A stretch of DNA of 35,903 nucleotides from a virus (taxonomy: Duplodnaviria; Caudoviricetes): positions 1 to 35,903 of the IMG/VR virus record IMGVR_UViG_3300027963_000170. The stretch is one strand, 5' to 3'. This document shows, in pieces, positions 17,182 to 26,619 of the stretch (within the stretch, counting starts at the first letter, position 1; every line of letters begins with the position of its first letter). The notes beneath the pieces are model-generated. The model did no database searches. It was not told where the DNA came from and saw only the letters and a list, made by a program, of their open reading frames with translations. A program made the position numbers and the translations under genes.

Positions 17182-18647
17182 TTGGTAGGTTGATCCAGGC
17201 GGTAAAGTCCCAAAATCTCAAGTGCGGTCCGCCCTTGATTCATGTTTTGCCCGCTTACGGGCACCGGAGCAACGGCATTGCCTTGTGGCGCTATCGCCTT
17301 TCGAGCATTTACCACATAGTTTGACAGCGTGAGGCGCTTAAACTCCATAAACGCCGTCTCTCGGGTAGCGGTAGGATTATCTAGCCACCATTTTTCCATC
17401 AAGTCCTTGGTGCGATTGAAATTCTCGTAAGCCGGCAGCGCTTGTTTTGTGTCAAACGGTTCGTTGGCATAGGTCGGTTTCACCTTCCCGAAATGACCCT
17501 TTTCAAACAGGTCATTCATCTGCGCATCCATGTCCTTCTTGATTGGGTTTCCGCCGCCTTGCTTGCGCTCGGTGTCCTTAGACCGCAAACGTGCGGTTGC
17601 CTCGTCCATTGCAATACCTTGCGGCATTGACGCCACCAGTTCCGTCAGCTCAACAAACTTGCTGCTATCGGTATCTGCGCTGGCGTCGTAGGCATTAACC
17701 AACGACAAAACCTTGGCCGAGTAGGCTTTTGACTCCGGCATCATCGTCCTAGCTCCGCTTTCCGCTTCCTTGGCCATCCGCTTTTGCTCTTTGATTATGG
17801 CCTTTGCGGTAACCGCATTTATGCGACGCGTCTCCGCCAGAGCCATCAATTCGTCGTCGGGGATGATTTCGCCAGCCAAGCGCCGCTCTTGTAGCGAATT
17901 GGCCACCTCTATGCGCTCATTGTTCATGCCATTACGGGCCTGATTCAACAGCGCATAGCGCCGCTCTTGGTTCAGCGACTCAAAACCTTTCCCTTCCTTT
18001 AGTTTATCAAAAGCAATAAATGGGTCCGCCGCCACTTCTTGCAACCCGACTTGGTATTGCAATTTAGGCAACACTTCGGCCTTTAGCGCCATTTTGTTTA
18101 CTGGAGATAGGCTCATCTTGTCTATTGCCTCAAACGCAGCTTCTACCTTGCCCGCTGAAATGTTTTGCTCCATGTTCACGGTAAGTGCCGTGTTGTCCTC
18201 ATTGATTTGCGCTTTGTCGGTGTGGGTCTTATATTGAATCCCGAGCCGTGTGCGCTCGTCGTTGTATTTGATGCCATCGACCTCGGCGGCGCGCTCCGAC
18301 CATCCATCTTCTTTTAGCCGCTTCGCCCGAGCCGACTCGTATTCACGCCAGGTGTCGTCGATGTAGGTCCCCCACTCCTTTATCGGCTTCTTCGCCGGGT
18401 CCAGTTCGGCCTCTATCCGTGCCGCAGTCTCCAGCCGGATGTTCTCCTCCTTGGCCAGTAATCCGTTATCGTGATGCTCCTGTTTCATCACGGCATACTT
18501 GTTCACCGTTTGCGCTACATCGGAGATAGCGCCGCCCACGTTGACCAGCGCTTGATATGGCGCAGCAAACGCCCCGGCATCTGCCCTTGGCGCGCCGATC
18601 TGCGCCGTGGGAACGGAAGAAAGCGGAATGGTGGGAATGTTTGCCAT
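17178..18647 (-). CDS. Internal virion protein (gp15 position)
   Basis: 489-aa helical protein between the gp14-like and gp16-like genes; ATGA-coupled. Confidence 0.7.
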   Translation of the reverse strand: MANIPTIPLSSVPTAQIGAPRADAGAFAAPYQALVNVGGAISDVAQTVNKYAVMKQEHHDNGLLAKEENIRLETAARIEAELDPAKKPIKEWGTYIDDTWREYESARAKRLKEDGWSERAAEVDGIKYNDERTRLGIQYKTHTDKAQINEDNTALTVNMEQNISAGKVEAAFEAIDKMSLSPVNKMALKAEVLPKLQYQVGLQEVAADPFIAFDKLKEGKGFESLNQERRYALLNQARNGMNNERIEVANSLQERRLAGEIIPDDELMALAETRRINAVTAKAIIKEQKRMAKEAESGARTMMPESKAYSAKVLSLVNAYDASADTDSSKFVELTELVASMPQGIAMDEATARLRSKDTERKQGGGNPIKKDMDAQMNDLFEKGHFGKVKPTYANEPFDTKQALPAYENFNRTKDLMEKWWLDNPTATRETAFMEFKRLTLSNYVVNARKAIAPQGNAVAPVPVSGQNMNQGRTALEILGLYRLDQPTK

Positions 18648-18655
18648 GTTAGAAA

Positions 18656-19213
18656 TTAGCCGCCGATGCCGCTACGAACAGATAGTGCCGTTGGCGCGCC
18701 CGCTGCTTGCATACCCGCCGCTGTGTTCGGGCCAGGAGTTGCGGCGGGCCGTGATGCCATCGCCCCCATACCAGCCGCTTGCCCCGCCCCTTGCAGCAAT
18801 GTGGCACCAGCGTTGATGTAACCAGCCTGCTCAGCATTCTTGCCCATTGCTAGGTCCATTGCTCCTTGTTGGCGGAGATTCTGCGCATTGATGCGTTGCT
18901 GACGGTTGTAATCAAGCACGTCTAGCTCCATGTTCCCCGCCGTTTCCGCCATAACCTCTAGCGGCGTGCCGGCCTCCATGACGCCAGCCTTTGCATACTT
19001 GGACCGCTGCGTTGCCAGTATCCGGGCGTTTTCCTTGCGTTTGCGCCGGATGTTCTCGGCAGCATCCATTTCAGTTTGCTTAGCCTGCGCCTCTGCCATT
19101 TTGGCGTTATATTTGCCAATCGCCTTGGCTTGCTGCGCTTGCTGAACCTGACCATAAACTGAAACCGATGTGGCTACAACGGTTAATGCTACTGCCGTCC
19201 ATGCCATTGTCAT
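18656..19213 (-). CDS. Internal virion protein (gp14-like)
   Basis: Hydrophobic N-terminus, Gln/Ala-rich coil, A.AGV...GTPL motif, Gly-rich tail. Confidence 0.78.
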   Translation of the reverse strand: MTMAWTAVALTVVATSVSVYGQVQQAQQAKAIGKYNAKMAEAQAKQTEMDAAENIRRKRKENARILATQRSKYAKAGVMEAGTPLEVMAETAGNMELDVLDYNRQQRINAQNLRQQGAMDLAMGKNAEQAGYINAGATLLQGAGQAAGMGAMASRPAATPGPNTAAGMQAAGAPTALSVRSGIGG

Positions 19214-19650
19214 TTTGCGTCCTCCAATAATTTTTGGACCTCTTGATCCGTTGCATCGGTAGAGGCGTTAATGTCGATTAGCTTTGGTAGCAGTTTCTCT
19301 AGGTTTTTTTCTTTAGTGGGATGAACGGTCATCCAAATCATATCCTCCAGAATGTAGAGCACTTTACGCACTCCTTTCTTTGATATGAAATTAAATGGTG
19401 CCTTTATTTCATGAACCACACCATTCATAAGCACACGCGCCTTTCCCTGAATAACGATGTTGATGTGCTCGGTGTTGTGAACGTGACCAACTACAAAAGT
19501 GCCTGCCGGCATAAAGATTTGCCGACAATAAACTCCAGGTGGCTGATAATGCGTTATTGGGCATTTGACTTGCGGCATACGCGATAGCTCGTCCGCCGTC
19601 AAATCTCCGGTCGAAAAACCCTCAATCGCCATACTGGTTTCAGTTGTCAT
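19210..19650 (-). CDS. Cupin-fold protein in the virion module
   Basis: GVYCRQIFMPAGTFVVGHVHNTEH...G.RKV...W.TVH cupin-like pattern; the ATG at 19650 lies 1 nt after the nozzle stop (the ORF track starts at 19671). Confidence 0.7.
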   Translation of the reverse strand: MTTETSMAIEGFSTGDLTADELSRMPQVKCPITHYQPPGVYCRQIFMPAGTFVVGHVHNTEHINIVIQGKARVLMNGVVHEIKAPFNFISKKGVRKVLYILEDMIWMTVHPTKEKNLEKLLPKLIDINASTDATDQEVQKLLEDAK

Positions 19651-19651
19651 G

Positions 19652-21937
19652 TCAGTCTCCGGTAATGGCATACTTGGTGATGATTGCCAGCAAGCACAGA
19701 GGAAGTGGCTGCGTCTGTTTTACGATAACCGGCGTATCCAAGTCAAAATTGCCGTCAAAGTCGATTTCCTTGTCTCCAGTAAATAAGGGCGGCGGCGCAT
19801 CCATGTGGTCCGCCGTATCTCGGAAATTGAGGTTATAGGTCGTTGTCCCATCCCCGTAAGATAGGCCCAGTGTCTTGCTTAATCGCAAAACAATTTTGCG
19901 CACCTGCTTTACCTGACCTTGACTATTGCCTACCGCCGGATCCATGTCTAGACGCATAGGCTGGATGATCGTTTCGTAAGGTAACCCAACGTGAACCACA
20001 CTGGCAGAATCGCTTAACGTCACCGCACCATCTACGACAACTTGGTCGGCCACTGGCGCCCCATCCGCCAAAATAGCCACGGTTTTTCCTTCTAAATGAC
20101 CAAGCCCAGAAAATTCAGTCGCTGGATCGCCACTATAAGTTAGCCCAGAATCAACGTAGAACGCATTTTCAATACTGGTCCATGCGGCGGGATTTAACCG
20201 CTCCACATAGCGCCTGGGCAGTCCATCAATCTCTCGGTTTACTACGCACCAAATTTCGTCTGACCCTGCCCCATAAACCGTAGCCACAGACTCAAACAGC
20301 CCATCCGTAGTATGACGATGCCATCCCACGACGTTTTGTTCGCGCTCATAGGTCATGCCAACTAGGTTTCCGTTTCCGGTGACTACCCAGACAATGCTTT
20401 GTGTTTGTTGCTGAATTGCCGTTTCCGATATGCCGCCGGCGGTGATATGCTCGGACAGCACCGTCAAATCAGGCGAAACATAACCATCCCGCTCAAACGA
20501 GTAGGTCATTTCTCGAATCCGCAGCCCTTGGCGTTGAACAAACAAAACAACTTCGTTGACCAAATCGGCCTGAATTGCTTTTGAGCCGTAGTTGGAGTGA
20601 CGGCGAACAAGCACATTGGTGGCAGTCAAAGCCGAATCCGTGCTACCTTGCATGGACCACTCGCCGGAGGTTGTTCCAATCAAAAGCGCTTTTTGCGCTA
20701 CCAGCCATTGAATCGAGTTTCGTTCCTGCGCTCCAATCGAATAGGCGAAAGCGTCCGCATCGGTGGTCCCGATCTTAAAGTTCTCGTAGTCGTCCAGCGC
20801 CGACCCCCAGACCGTTTGCGGTTGATAGGCCGTGCCCGCAAAGCATAGACGTTGCTCAAACAAGGTAGCCGCGACAGGATACCCGCGCTTTGCGCTCCAT
20901 GCCCCTTCCGACCAATAGCGAGTGGCGGCAGTGCCATACAACCCCTTTTCCGTTAAAACGGTGGCAACGGCAGTGGTGGAATCTGTGACTTCATCAATGA
21001 CAACGTAGCCGCGACCATACGGGTCATCCAATTCAAGAATTGCTCGCGGGCTGTTCGACTGGGATACCCAATTTTCAATTTTTATTCTGTAAATGGCATC
21101 CTCCGACTCAGTCCCCTCTTGATCGTAATTTGAATCGCTAGACGACTCCACCTTGCGCACAAGTTCCCATGTTGTTCCAGCGTTATAAGACCGCTGCACC
21201 AATACGTCAGCATCCCATGTCCCAGATGTCCGTAGGCGCCATTTTCCACTAATCCGCATGGTAGGCGGCGGTGGACTGCTGGGCGTATTGGCCGTAATAG
21301 CCGCACGAATAGAGATGTCGGTGCGTAGGTAAACAATTTCAAAAGTGGAACCAACGTGCGTCGATTCAAATAATGCGCTTGAAGCAGTTAAATCAATGGT
21401 TCCTGTCAATGCGCTAGGTGTTAGCGTGGTAGTCGTGATGTTTTGATCCAACAAGGGAGGATCCTTAAACACCACGCTACCAATAGTCCAATTTTCATCT
21501 GCTATTCGTATCAGCTTTTGCACAGGATACGATGGGTGCGTGATGTAAACTACGTCATTGATTTGAGCAAACTGCAGGTCAAATATATCGGCTTCCGCAT
21601 AATCGGTAGCTATTTCATATGGGTCGTCATCTACTACTACCTGCGCCCCATTACTAAAAAACCGCATGTAAAAATCGCCAATCTCAATGACAAACGTAGT
21701 CGTGGTCGAAAACTGAAAATCTAGCAAACGGCACTTTTTGTCAGCATACTTGGCCTCTGCGATAAACTGCAATCCGGGCCGACGTCGCGCTGCCCCATAG
21801 GTCTCAATAATGGCGTTCTGGAGCTGCCTGCACCCATTGTTGCTTTTTTCTAGGTCAATACGGGCATCCAGCAACGGGGACAGTTCGCCCGCATTGAAGC
21901 TAACCTGACTCTTTTGGGTGCGTGCTCTTTGGGCCAT
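19652..21937 (-). CDS. Tail tubular protein B / nozzle
   Basis: N-terminal SFNAGELSPLLDAR.D...G.ARRRPG; beta-propeller composition; W.RH.T and HLEGKTV motifs; size and position. Confidence 0.9.
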   Translation of the reverse strand: MAQRARTQKSQVSFNAGELSPLLDARIDLEKSNNGCRQLQNAIIETYGAARRRPGLQFIAEAKYADKKCRLLDFQFSTTTTFVIEIGDFYMRFFSNGAQVVVDDDPYEIATDYAEADIFDLQFAQINDVVYITHPSYPVQKLIRIADENWTIGSVVFKDPPLLDQNITTTTLTPSALTGTIDLTASSALFESTHVGSTFEIVYLRTDISIRAAITANTPSSPPPPTMRISGKWRLRTSGTWDADVLVQRSYNAGTTWELVRKVESSSDSNYDQEGTESEDAIYRIKIENWVSQSNSPRAILELDDPYGRGYVVIDEVTDSTTAVATVLTEKGLYGTAATRYWSEGAWSAKRGYPVAATLFEQRLCFAGTAYQPQTVWGSALDDYENFKIGTTDADAFAYSIGAQERNSIQWLVAQKALLIGTTSGEWSMQGSTDSALTATNVLVRRHSNYGSKAIQADLVNEVVLFVQRQGLRIREMTYSFERDGYVSPDLTVLSEHITAGGISETAIQQQTQSIVWVVTGNGNLVGMTYEREQNVVGWHRHTTDGLFESVATVYGAGSDEIWCVVNREIDGLPRRYVERLNPAAWTSIENAFYVDSGLTYSGDPATEFSGLGHLEGKTVAILADGAPVADQVVVDGAVTLSDSASVVHVGLPYETIIQPMRLDMDPAVGNSQGQVKQVRKIVLRLSKTLGLSYGDGTTTYNLNFRDTADHMDAPPPLFTGDKEIDFDGNFDLDTPVIVKQTQPLPLCLLAIITKYAITGD

Positions 21938-21940
21938 GAC

Positions 21941-22549
21941 TTATCCCTTGGTGGAATTGTAGCGCGAGGACAAGAACATGGATTCCTTAGTGGGATCAAA
22001 ACGAATGCGGCGCTTTTGATTGCCATCTTTGGTGCGCGCCTGCGGAAGTGAAATGCGGTGATACTCGGTCAACAAACTAGACGCCATATTTTCGTCCTGA
22101 CGGATTGAAACCGCAATCTTTGACGCAAGCAGCACTACTACCGCGTTGGTGAATAAAGCGTCCCAAATGGACGTATCCTCGACGTAAGCCGTGTATTTTA
22201 CGTCGGCCCGTTCTGCGTCAGTGAGCAATAGGCGCCCTTCAATCTCCCAGTCATCCTGCGGTTGGCCGTGGTAATCGACGCCGTTAAGCTCAACCAAACT
22301 GATAAAATCGGACGGTAGTTGGTATTGATAGGCCCATTCAAATGCCGGGGTGGCTACCAGTTGTCCAAGCGTGGTCCGCACCCTCAGACAATTCCAGTCG
22401 CCAGCCCTCGCCACTTCTTTAATCGTGGCCTCAATGGCGTTTTTGCACACGCGAGCGCTCTTGCTGTCATTGTCGTCAATCGCCATGATGCGTTGCGCAC
22501 CAATGCGTCCAAGAGCCTGATTGCAGATGTCGGTAATCGTGAGGGCCAT
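21941..22549 (-). CDS. Tail tubular protein A / adaptor
   Basis: ICNQALGRIGA...W...YQYQLPSD...LASKIA pattern; about 200 aa, directly before the nozzle. Confidence 0.88.
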   Translation of the reverse strand: MALTITDICNQALGRIGAQRIMAIDDNDSKSARVCKNAIEATIKEVARAGDWNCLRVRTTLGQLVATPAFEWAYQYQLPSDFISLVELNGVDYHGQPQDDWEIEGRLLLTDAERADVKYTAYVEDTSIWDALFTNAVVVLLASKIAVSIRQDENMASSLLTEYHRISLPQARTKDGNQKRRIRFDPTKESMFLSSRYNSTKG

Positions 22550-22585
22550 TGTAAATTGTCCGGGATTGTCCGCCCGGTCGGATTT

Positions 22586-22993
22586 TTACGTGAAACTGAC
22601 CGCAACCTTGATTTCGCCTGCCGCCACCGCATCTGAGGCTGTGTCTCCAGCGGATACGGTTGTTGCCAGCGCAATGCCAGTGGTGAACCGCACGCCATTA
22701 GACCCAATGGGAATGGTTGCATTGTTTCCGGTGGGGAGATGCAAGGTAAGCACCGGAACATCGGTTCCCACCACCGGAGCCGTAGCCTTGTTGTAGAGCT
22801 TCAGATAACGCACGCTTGCATTGGTGTTGCACGCAAGGATGCTCCAAACGGTTCCTGCACTAGCTTTGACGCTGGTCGCATTGGTAGATGCCGTTGAATT
22901 GATAAAGGTAGTCGTCGGCGTGTTGACAAGGGCCGCAATATCCTCGGTCGAAAGAACGACTGCCGCTGATTTATCTGCACTGAGTCTGCTCAT
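22586..22993 (-). CDS. Beta-rich structural/decoration protein
   Basis: Thr/Ala-rich jelly-roll-like sequence (VKASAG...YLKLYNKATAP.VGTD) between the capsid and tail genes. Confidence 0.65.
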   Translation of the reverse strand: MSRLSADKSAAVVLSTEDIAALVNTPTTTFINSTASTNATSVKASAGTVWSILACNTNASVRYLKLYNKATAPVVGTDVPVLTLHLPTGNNATIPIGSNGVRFTTGIALATTVSAGDTASDAVAAGEIKVAVSFT

Positions 22994-23013
22994 GGTAAAA
23001 TATGGTTTTGATT

Positions 23014-23052
23014 AAAGAAAAGCCCGCCCCAGCGCATAACGCCAAGGCGGGC
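23014..23052 (-). terminator. Intrinsic terminator after the capsid and decoration genes
   Basis: - strand GCCCGCC...GGCGGGC stem followed by TTTTCTTT. Confidence 0.8.
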
Positions 23053-23072
23053 AAAAACAACCGTCGCCAGCC

Positions 23073-23537
23073 TTAGGCTACGGTGTGATAGACCATATTG
23101 AGCGTGATCTTCTTTCCGGTAGTAATAGCGGAAGAAAAGGTCAGGACGCCAGTGATGGTTTCATAGCCGTCAGGAACACCAACCGGAGTAACGACTTGTC
23201 CGTTGGTGGGGGTAAACGCCGTAGAGCCAGCGCTGGCAACCGCCACCGAAGTGCTGGAATAACGGTTATCAACGCCACCGTCACCAATCTTGGTGATAGC
23301 GCCAGTGCCGCCGATGCCATCGCTACTGATGCGGCAAAGGCCCGGAATGACAACTGCACCCTCTGGCAGACGACCAAAGTTAATGGTGTCGGCAGTGGTT
23401 TCAGAACCAGTCACGGTGTAGGTAAACGTCGCATAGCACATCGCGCCGGACACGTTAACGGCAGAGGCGCGACCGCCAAAGCCTTTGGTGCCAGCTTGAG
23501 TCTGCTGAGTGTAGATTGTAGAATTAAGAATAGCCAT
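23073..23537 (-). CDS. Capsid decoration/cement protein
   Basis: Directly after the capsid gene; strong AGGAGA Shine-Dalgarno; DTINFGRLPEGAVV jelly-roll pattern. Confidence 0.72.
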   Translation of the reverse strand: MAILNSTIYTQQTQAGTKGFGGRASAVNVSGAMCYATFTYTVTGSETTADTINFGRLPEGAVVIPGLCRISSDGIGGTGAITKIGDGGVDNRYSSTSVAVASAGSTAFTPTNGQVVTPVGVPDGYETITGVLTFSSAITTGKKITLNMVYHTVA

Positions 23538-23583
23538 TTGAGTAATCTCCTATGTTGTTAGTTGTATGTTGATTCCCTAAACA

Positions 23584-24480
23584 TTAGGGGGATTCGTCGC
23601 AGGCGATCAGAACCACGCGCTCTTCCTCAAGGCGGGTAGCGCCAATCATGAGAACGGTGCGGATCTGAACGGTGTGGTTAAGGTCGGCGCGAATGTCGAT
23701 CTTAACGGACTTGTCCATGCCAATACCAAAGGCCAAACCGTCGCGCTGGTAAGCAACGCAAGTGCGGACATCGGTGCTATTAAGGGAAAGAAGCTCGGTT
23801 TGCACAAACTCAAAACCCATGAAGCGGGTAATGGTGCCGTCAACCAGGGCTTTCACGTTGTTGTAGTCGGTGGACTTAACTTCGACCACATTGGTGAGGA
23901 GGTCGTTTAGCTGCTTGGCAGTAACGATGATATAACGTCCATCCTTCTCGACCTCGTTTTTGTCGAGGATATAGGCGGCACGGGTGAGTTTAGCCAAAGT
24001 AAGACCGGAGTTAGCGGCAGCGCCACTGAACACATAGTCCACATCGACTTTTTGGCCAATACCGAGGTCAACGGCGGTGGTGCCGTCTTCGCCGATATAA
24101 GCAGTGCCGGTAAGGGCATCGATGATTGTTTGGTCCATCGTGCGCTTAGCGGCGCGAGCGTGGGACTCAACGTGCTCGGACTCAGGAGTGGGAAGCTCGC
24201 CCAAAGCAATCTGGTCGAACTGGTCGATGAAGGTTACCTCGTCATAGCCTTTCGGACGCAACCAGCGTTTGGCCATAGGCGTGTCGCTAGGAATGGTCTT
24301 GCCGTTACGGGTAGTGATGAGGCGCATCTTGGATTTACCAAGTTGCGAAAAGGTGCGCTCTTTACCTTTGACGGTAACGCGCTTCACCTTGTTTTCGAGG
24401 CGGGATTCTTTTTGCTGAACCAGGTGGTCCCAGTTGTCGGCAAAGTCTGTCTGAAAGTGTTCAGGAAGTTGAGTAAGCAT
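23584..24480 (-). CDS. Major capsid protein
   Basis: QQKESRL...RTMDQTIIDA...STDYNNVKALVDG.I..FMGFEF...GATRLEE.RVV; GGAG Shine-Dalgarno upstream of the ATG at 24480. Confidence 0.92.
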   Translation of the reverse strand: MLTQLPEHFQTDFADNWDHLVQQKESRLENKVKRVTVKGKERTFSQLGKSKMRLITTRNGKTIPSDTPMAKRWLRPKGYDEVTFIDQFDQIALGELPTPESEHVESHARAAKRTMDQTIIDALTGTAYIGEDGTTAVDLGIGQKVDVDYVFSGAAANSGLTLAKLTRAAYILDKNEVEKDGRYIIVTAKQLNDLLTNVVEVKSTDYNNVKALVDGTITRFMGFEFVQTELLSLNSTDVRTCVAYQRDGLAFGIGMDKSVKIDIRADLNHTVQIRTVLMIGATRLEEERVVLIACDESP

Positions 24481-24643
24481 TTGATTGGTCTCCAGCGTGC
24501 GCAACGTATTGCGCTAGGTTTTTTGCCAGCTTCGGGCTGACTACCGTTCCTCGCGCTTGGGTTTCCGCTTGGGCCTTGCGCTTCGGACTATGCCGAGGCC
24601 GAAAGGCTCGTTTTGCGAGGTGTCTTCGTGCTCTCTGTTTCCT

Positions 24644-24672
24644 GTATTGATGACGCTCTTAATGCGTGTCAA
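24644..24672 (-). promoter_or_regulatory. Candidate sigma70-type promoter for the capsid operon
   Basis: Perfect TTGACA (24672-24667), 17-bp spacer, weak -10 CAATAC; lies just downstream of a terminator hairpin. Confidence 0.5.
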
Positions 24673-24677
24673 CTATA

Positions 24678-24706
24678 AAGCCCGTTCCCACCACAGGAAC
24701 GGGCTT
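24678..24706 (-). terminator. Strong hairpin (probable terminator) after the scaffold gene
   Basis: Perfect 11-bp stem AAGCCCGTTCC/GGAACGGGCTT with a 7-nt loop; short U-tail. Confidence 0.65.
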
Positions 24707-24739
24707 CCCCCAGTTAGTCCACCAAAAAGAACCGCTGAC

Positions 24740-25789
24740 TTACATAGCTCTGGCGGGCTTTTGCTGCTTTGCAAGCCAAGATTGAGTAAATCTTGATTTT
24801 GTTTCTACCGCCTGCGCGTGTTGCGGATGGCTTGGGTTGTGATACGCTTGGTAGAGCGGATTGTTTGGATTTTTCATGATGTCCAAACCTTTTGCCCGGT
24901 CATCCATACCGGCATTTGCCGTAGTTTCACCAGAAACAAGCCGATCCTCGGAAATCATTGACGCAAACTTGGCCACCATTTGCACAACCTTTGAACTCTT
25001 AAACACTGGGTCGTTTGGCTCAAAACCTAGCGTGCGGGCACCGCGCACAGCTAAATCAATGTTTTTGGCGTAATCCGCTCCCCATGCGTCTTTTAATGCC
25101 TTGGCTTCTGCCGCCTCGGCTTGCGCTACGGCGGCTTTGCTTTGTTCACCAATTTTAAGGCCATGACTTTCGTCAAACGCCATCAATTCCTTTGCTGCCT
25201 CCGGGCTGACTTGGTGCTTATGCAGAATTGCAGCGACGCCATTAACGTAGTCGCCATTCCACATTTCCTCTGGAATGTTGTCAGGGCGCTTAAAACCGTA
25301 TCCTTCTGGCTTTTCAGGCACGTTATTAAGCTGGGCCATGACCTTTGCCCGCTCGGCCTTGGCCTCCGGCGAAGCATCGGGCGGCAACGGTGCCAATGCT
25401 TTCTTTCCAGCCAAACTCGACACGTTGGCAAAACCGCCAAGCAATGCCTCAACGGTCTGATATTTTGAAAACGTATCCTTGTGGGCTTTGAGGTGGGCTG
25501 GTAACGCGTCAAACTTGGCCGTGTTGAGTTTACCTGATGCATCGTAAAGCCCGACATACCACGCCTCCCCGCCGGCTACCTGCGCGGGGATAGGTGGCGG
25601 CGCACTAAGCGGAGTCGATGCGGAAGCGGGCGGCGTGGAGGCAGGCGGAGTAGTAGGTGCCGAAGTAGGCGGAGCCGAAATCAGAGAAGATACTGCATCG
25701 CCCCCGGCTGGTGCAGATGCGGCCCCGCCACCACCGCCGGCATCACCACCGCCAGCTTCATCGTAAAGACGTTTCGTGTAAATGTTCAT
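24740..25789 (-). CDS. Capsid scaffolding protein
   Basis: Low-complexity Gly/Pro N-terminus, PEKPEGY, LKDAWGADY, SED and C-terminal AY.NP.HP.H motifs; between portal and capsid genes. Confidence 0.85.
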   Translation of the reverse strand: MNIYTKRLYDEAGGGDAGGGGGAASAPAGGDAVSSLISAPPTSAPTTPPASTPPASASTPLSAPPPIPAQVAGGEAWYVGLYDASGKLNTAKFDALPAHLKAHKDTFSKYQTVEALLGGFANVSSLAGKKALAPLPPDASPEAKAERAKVMAQLNNVPEKPEGYGFKRPDNIPEEMWNGDYVNGVAAILHKHQVSPEAAKELMAFDESHGLKIGEQSKAAVAQAEAAEAKALKDAWGADYAKNIDLAVRGARTLGFEPNDPVFKSSKVVQMVAKFASMISEDRLVSGETTANAGMDDRAKGLDIMKNPNNPLYQAYHNPSHPQHAQAVETKSRFTQSWLAKQQKPARAM

Positions 25790-25795
25790 AGCTGA

Positions 25796-26320
25796 TTAGT
25801 TGCTGTCGTAGGTAATGCCGCCTGATTCATTGGCTTCGCTCTTTTCCGTCAAATGGGTTTTACGGCGGGAAATGACCGCATCCGTCTCGTATGCCTCAGT
25901 GCTCAATTCACCGCGCTCATTGGGCACTTTGCGATACTTGGTAACGGTGCCATTGCCGAGAATGCCGTAGCGCGCCCGGTATTCTTCCGGTTTGTATTTA
26001 CGATACCACTCGACAACCGCCGGAGTCTTGTCGCCCATTGCCCAGTCTTTTTGCGGCATAGGTGGAATCTCGCGCTTTGCCTTAGCCGACGGCTCATCGC
26101 CCTCTCGGTAAATGGCAGTTGGCGTCTTTCCATTGGCGTTCAAATAGCGAACAATGGCCGGACGCAGCTTTTCCCACGCCTCGAACAGCACAAGGATGTT
26201 TCCTTCCTTTAACGTGGCCACATGAACTGCGCCATCTTTGTCAGTGCGGATAACTTGGCCATCGTCGCTTACCGAGTAAACGATACTTGGAGCGGTTTGC
26301 TCTACTTGTGAATTGCTCAT
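25796..26320 (-). CDS. Hypothetical protein in the head module
   Basis: 174 aa, ATGA-type overlap absent but 4-nt overlap with the upstream gene; motif MGDKTPAVVEWYRKY.PEEY..RY. Confidence 0.7.
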   Translation of the reverse strand: MSNSQVEQTAPSIVYSVSDDGQVIRTDKDGAVHVATLKEGNILVLFEAWEKLRPAIVRYLNANGKTPTAIYREGDEPSAKAKREIPPMPQKDWAMGDKTPAVVEWYRKYKPEEYRARYGILGNGTVTKYRKVPNERGELSTEAYETDAVISRRKTHLTEKSEANESGGITYDSN

Positions 26321-26616
26321 TTTAGCGTAGCTTTAGTTTTTGTTTTTGTGGTGCCGAGCCTCTTTGCCCGGTCCAAATAATTGAGGGTGTCGAGGTGGAA
26401 AATGCGCATCCCCTCTGCGATTTCCATTTTGACCGGACATACCTTGCCGTCGGCCATAGCCACGGCAGTAGATCGCCGTAAATAGCCTCGATGCCACATG
26501 TCCTGCATCACCAATTGCTGTTGCTCCGTGCGGTGCGCCTCATCGCGCCCAAAGACCATTGCATACGCAAGGGCCAGTTTATCTGCCTGAGACTCCGGTT
26601 TTACGTTTTCATCCAT
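26317..26616 (-). CDS. Bbp19-like small protein after the portal gene
   Basis: AY..VFG...Q.V..D...RST...EG.R pattern and position. Confidence 0.65.
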   Translation of the reverse strand: MDENVKPESQADKLALAYAMVFGRDEAHRTEQQQLVMQDMWHRGYLRRSTAVAMADGKVCPVKMEIAEGMRIFHLDTLNYLDRAKRLGTTKTKTKATLK

Positions 26617-26619
26617 AAA

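Noticed and set aside
23560-23592. The capsid gene ends CCC-TAA, a known +1 frameshift context (SPP1 tail tube), inside a CCCTAA/TTAGGG hairpin; possible capsid-decoration fusion
   Set aside because: The +1 frame reads CCT AAT GTT TAG and stops, and the -1 frame stops before the next gene, so no fusion is possible; the decoration gene has its own strong SD.
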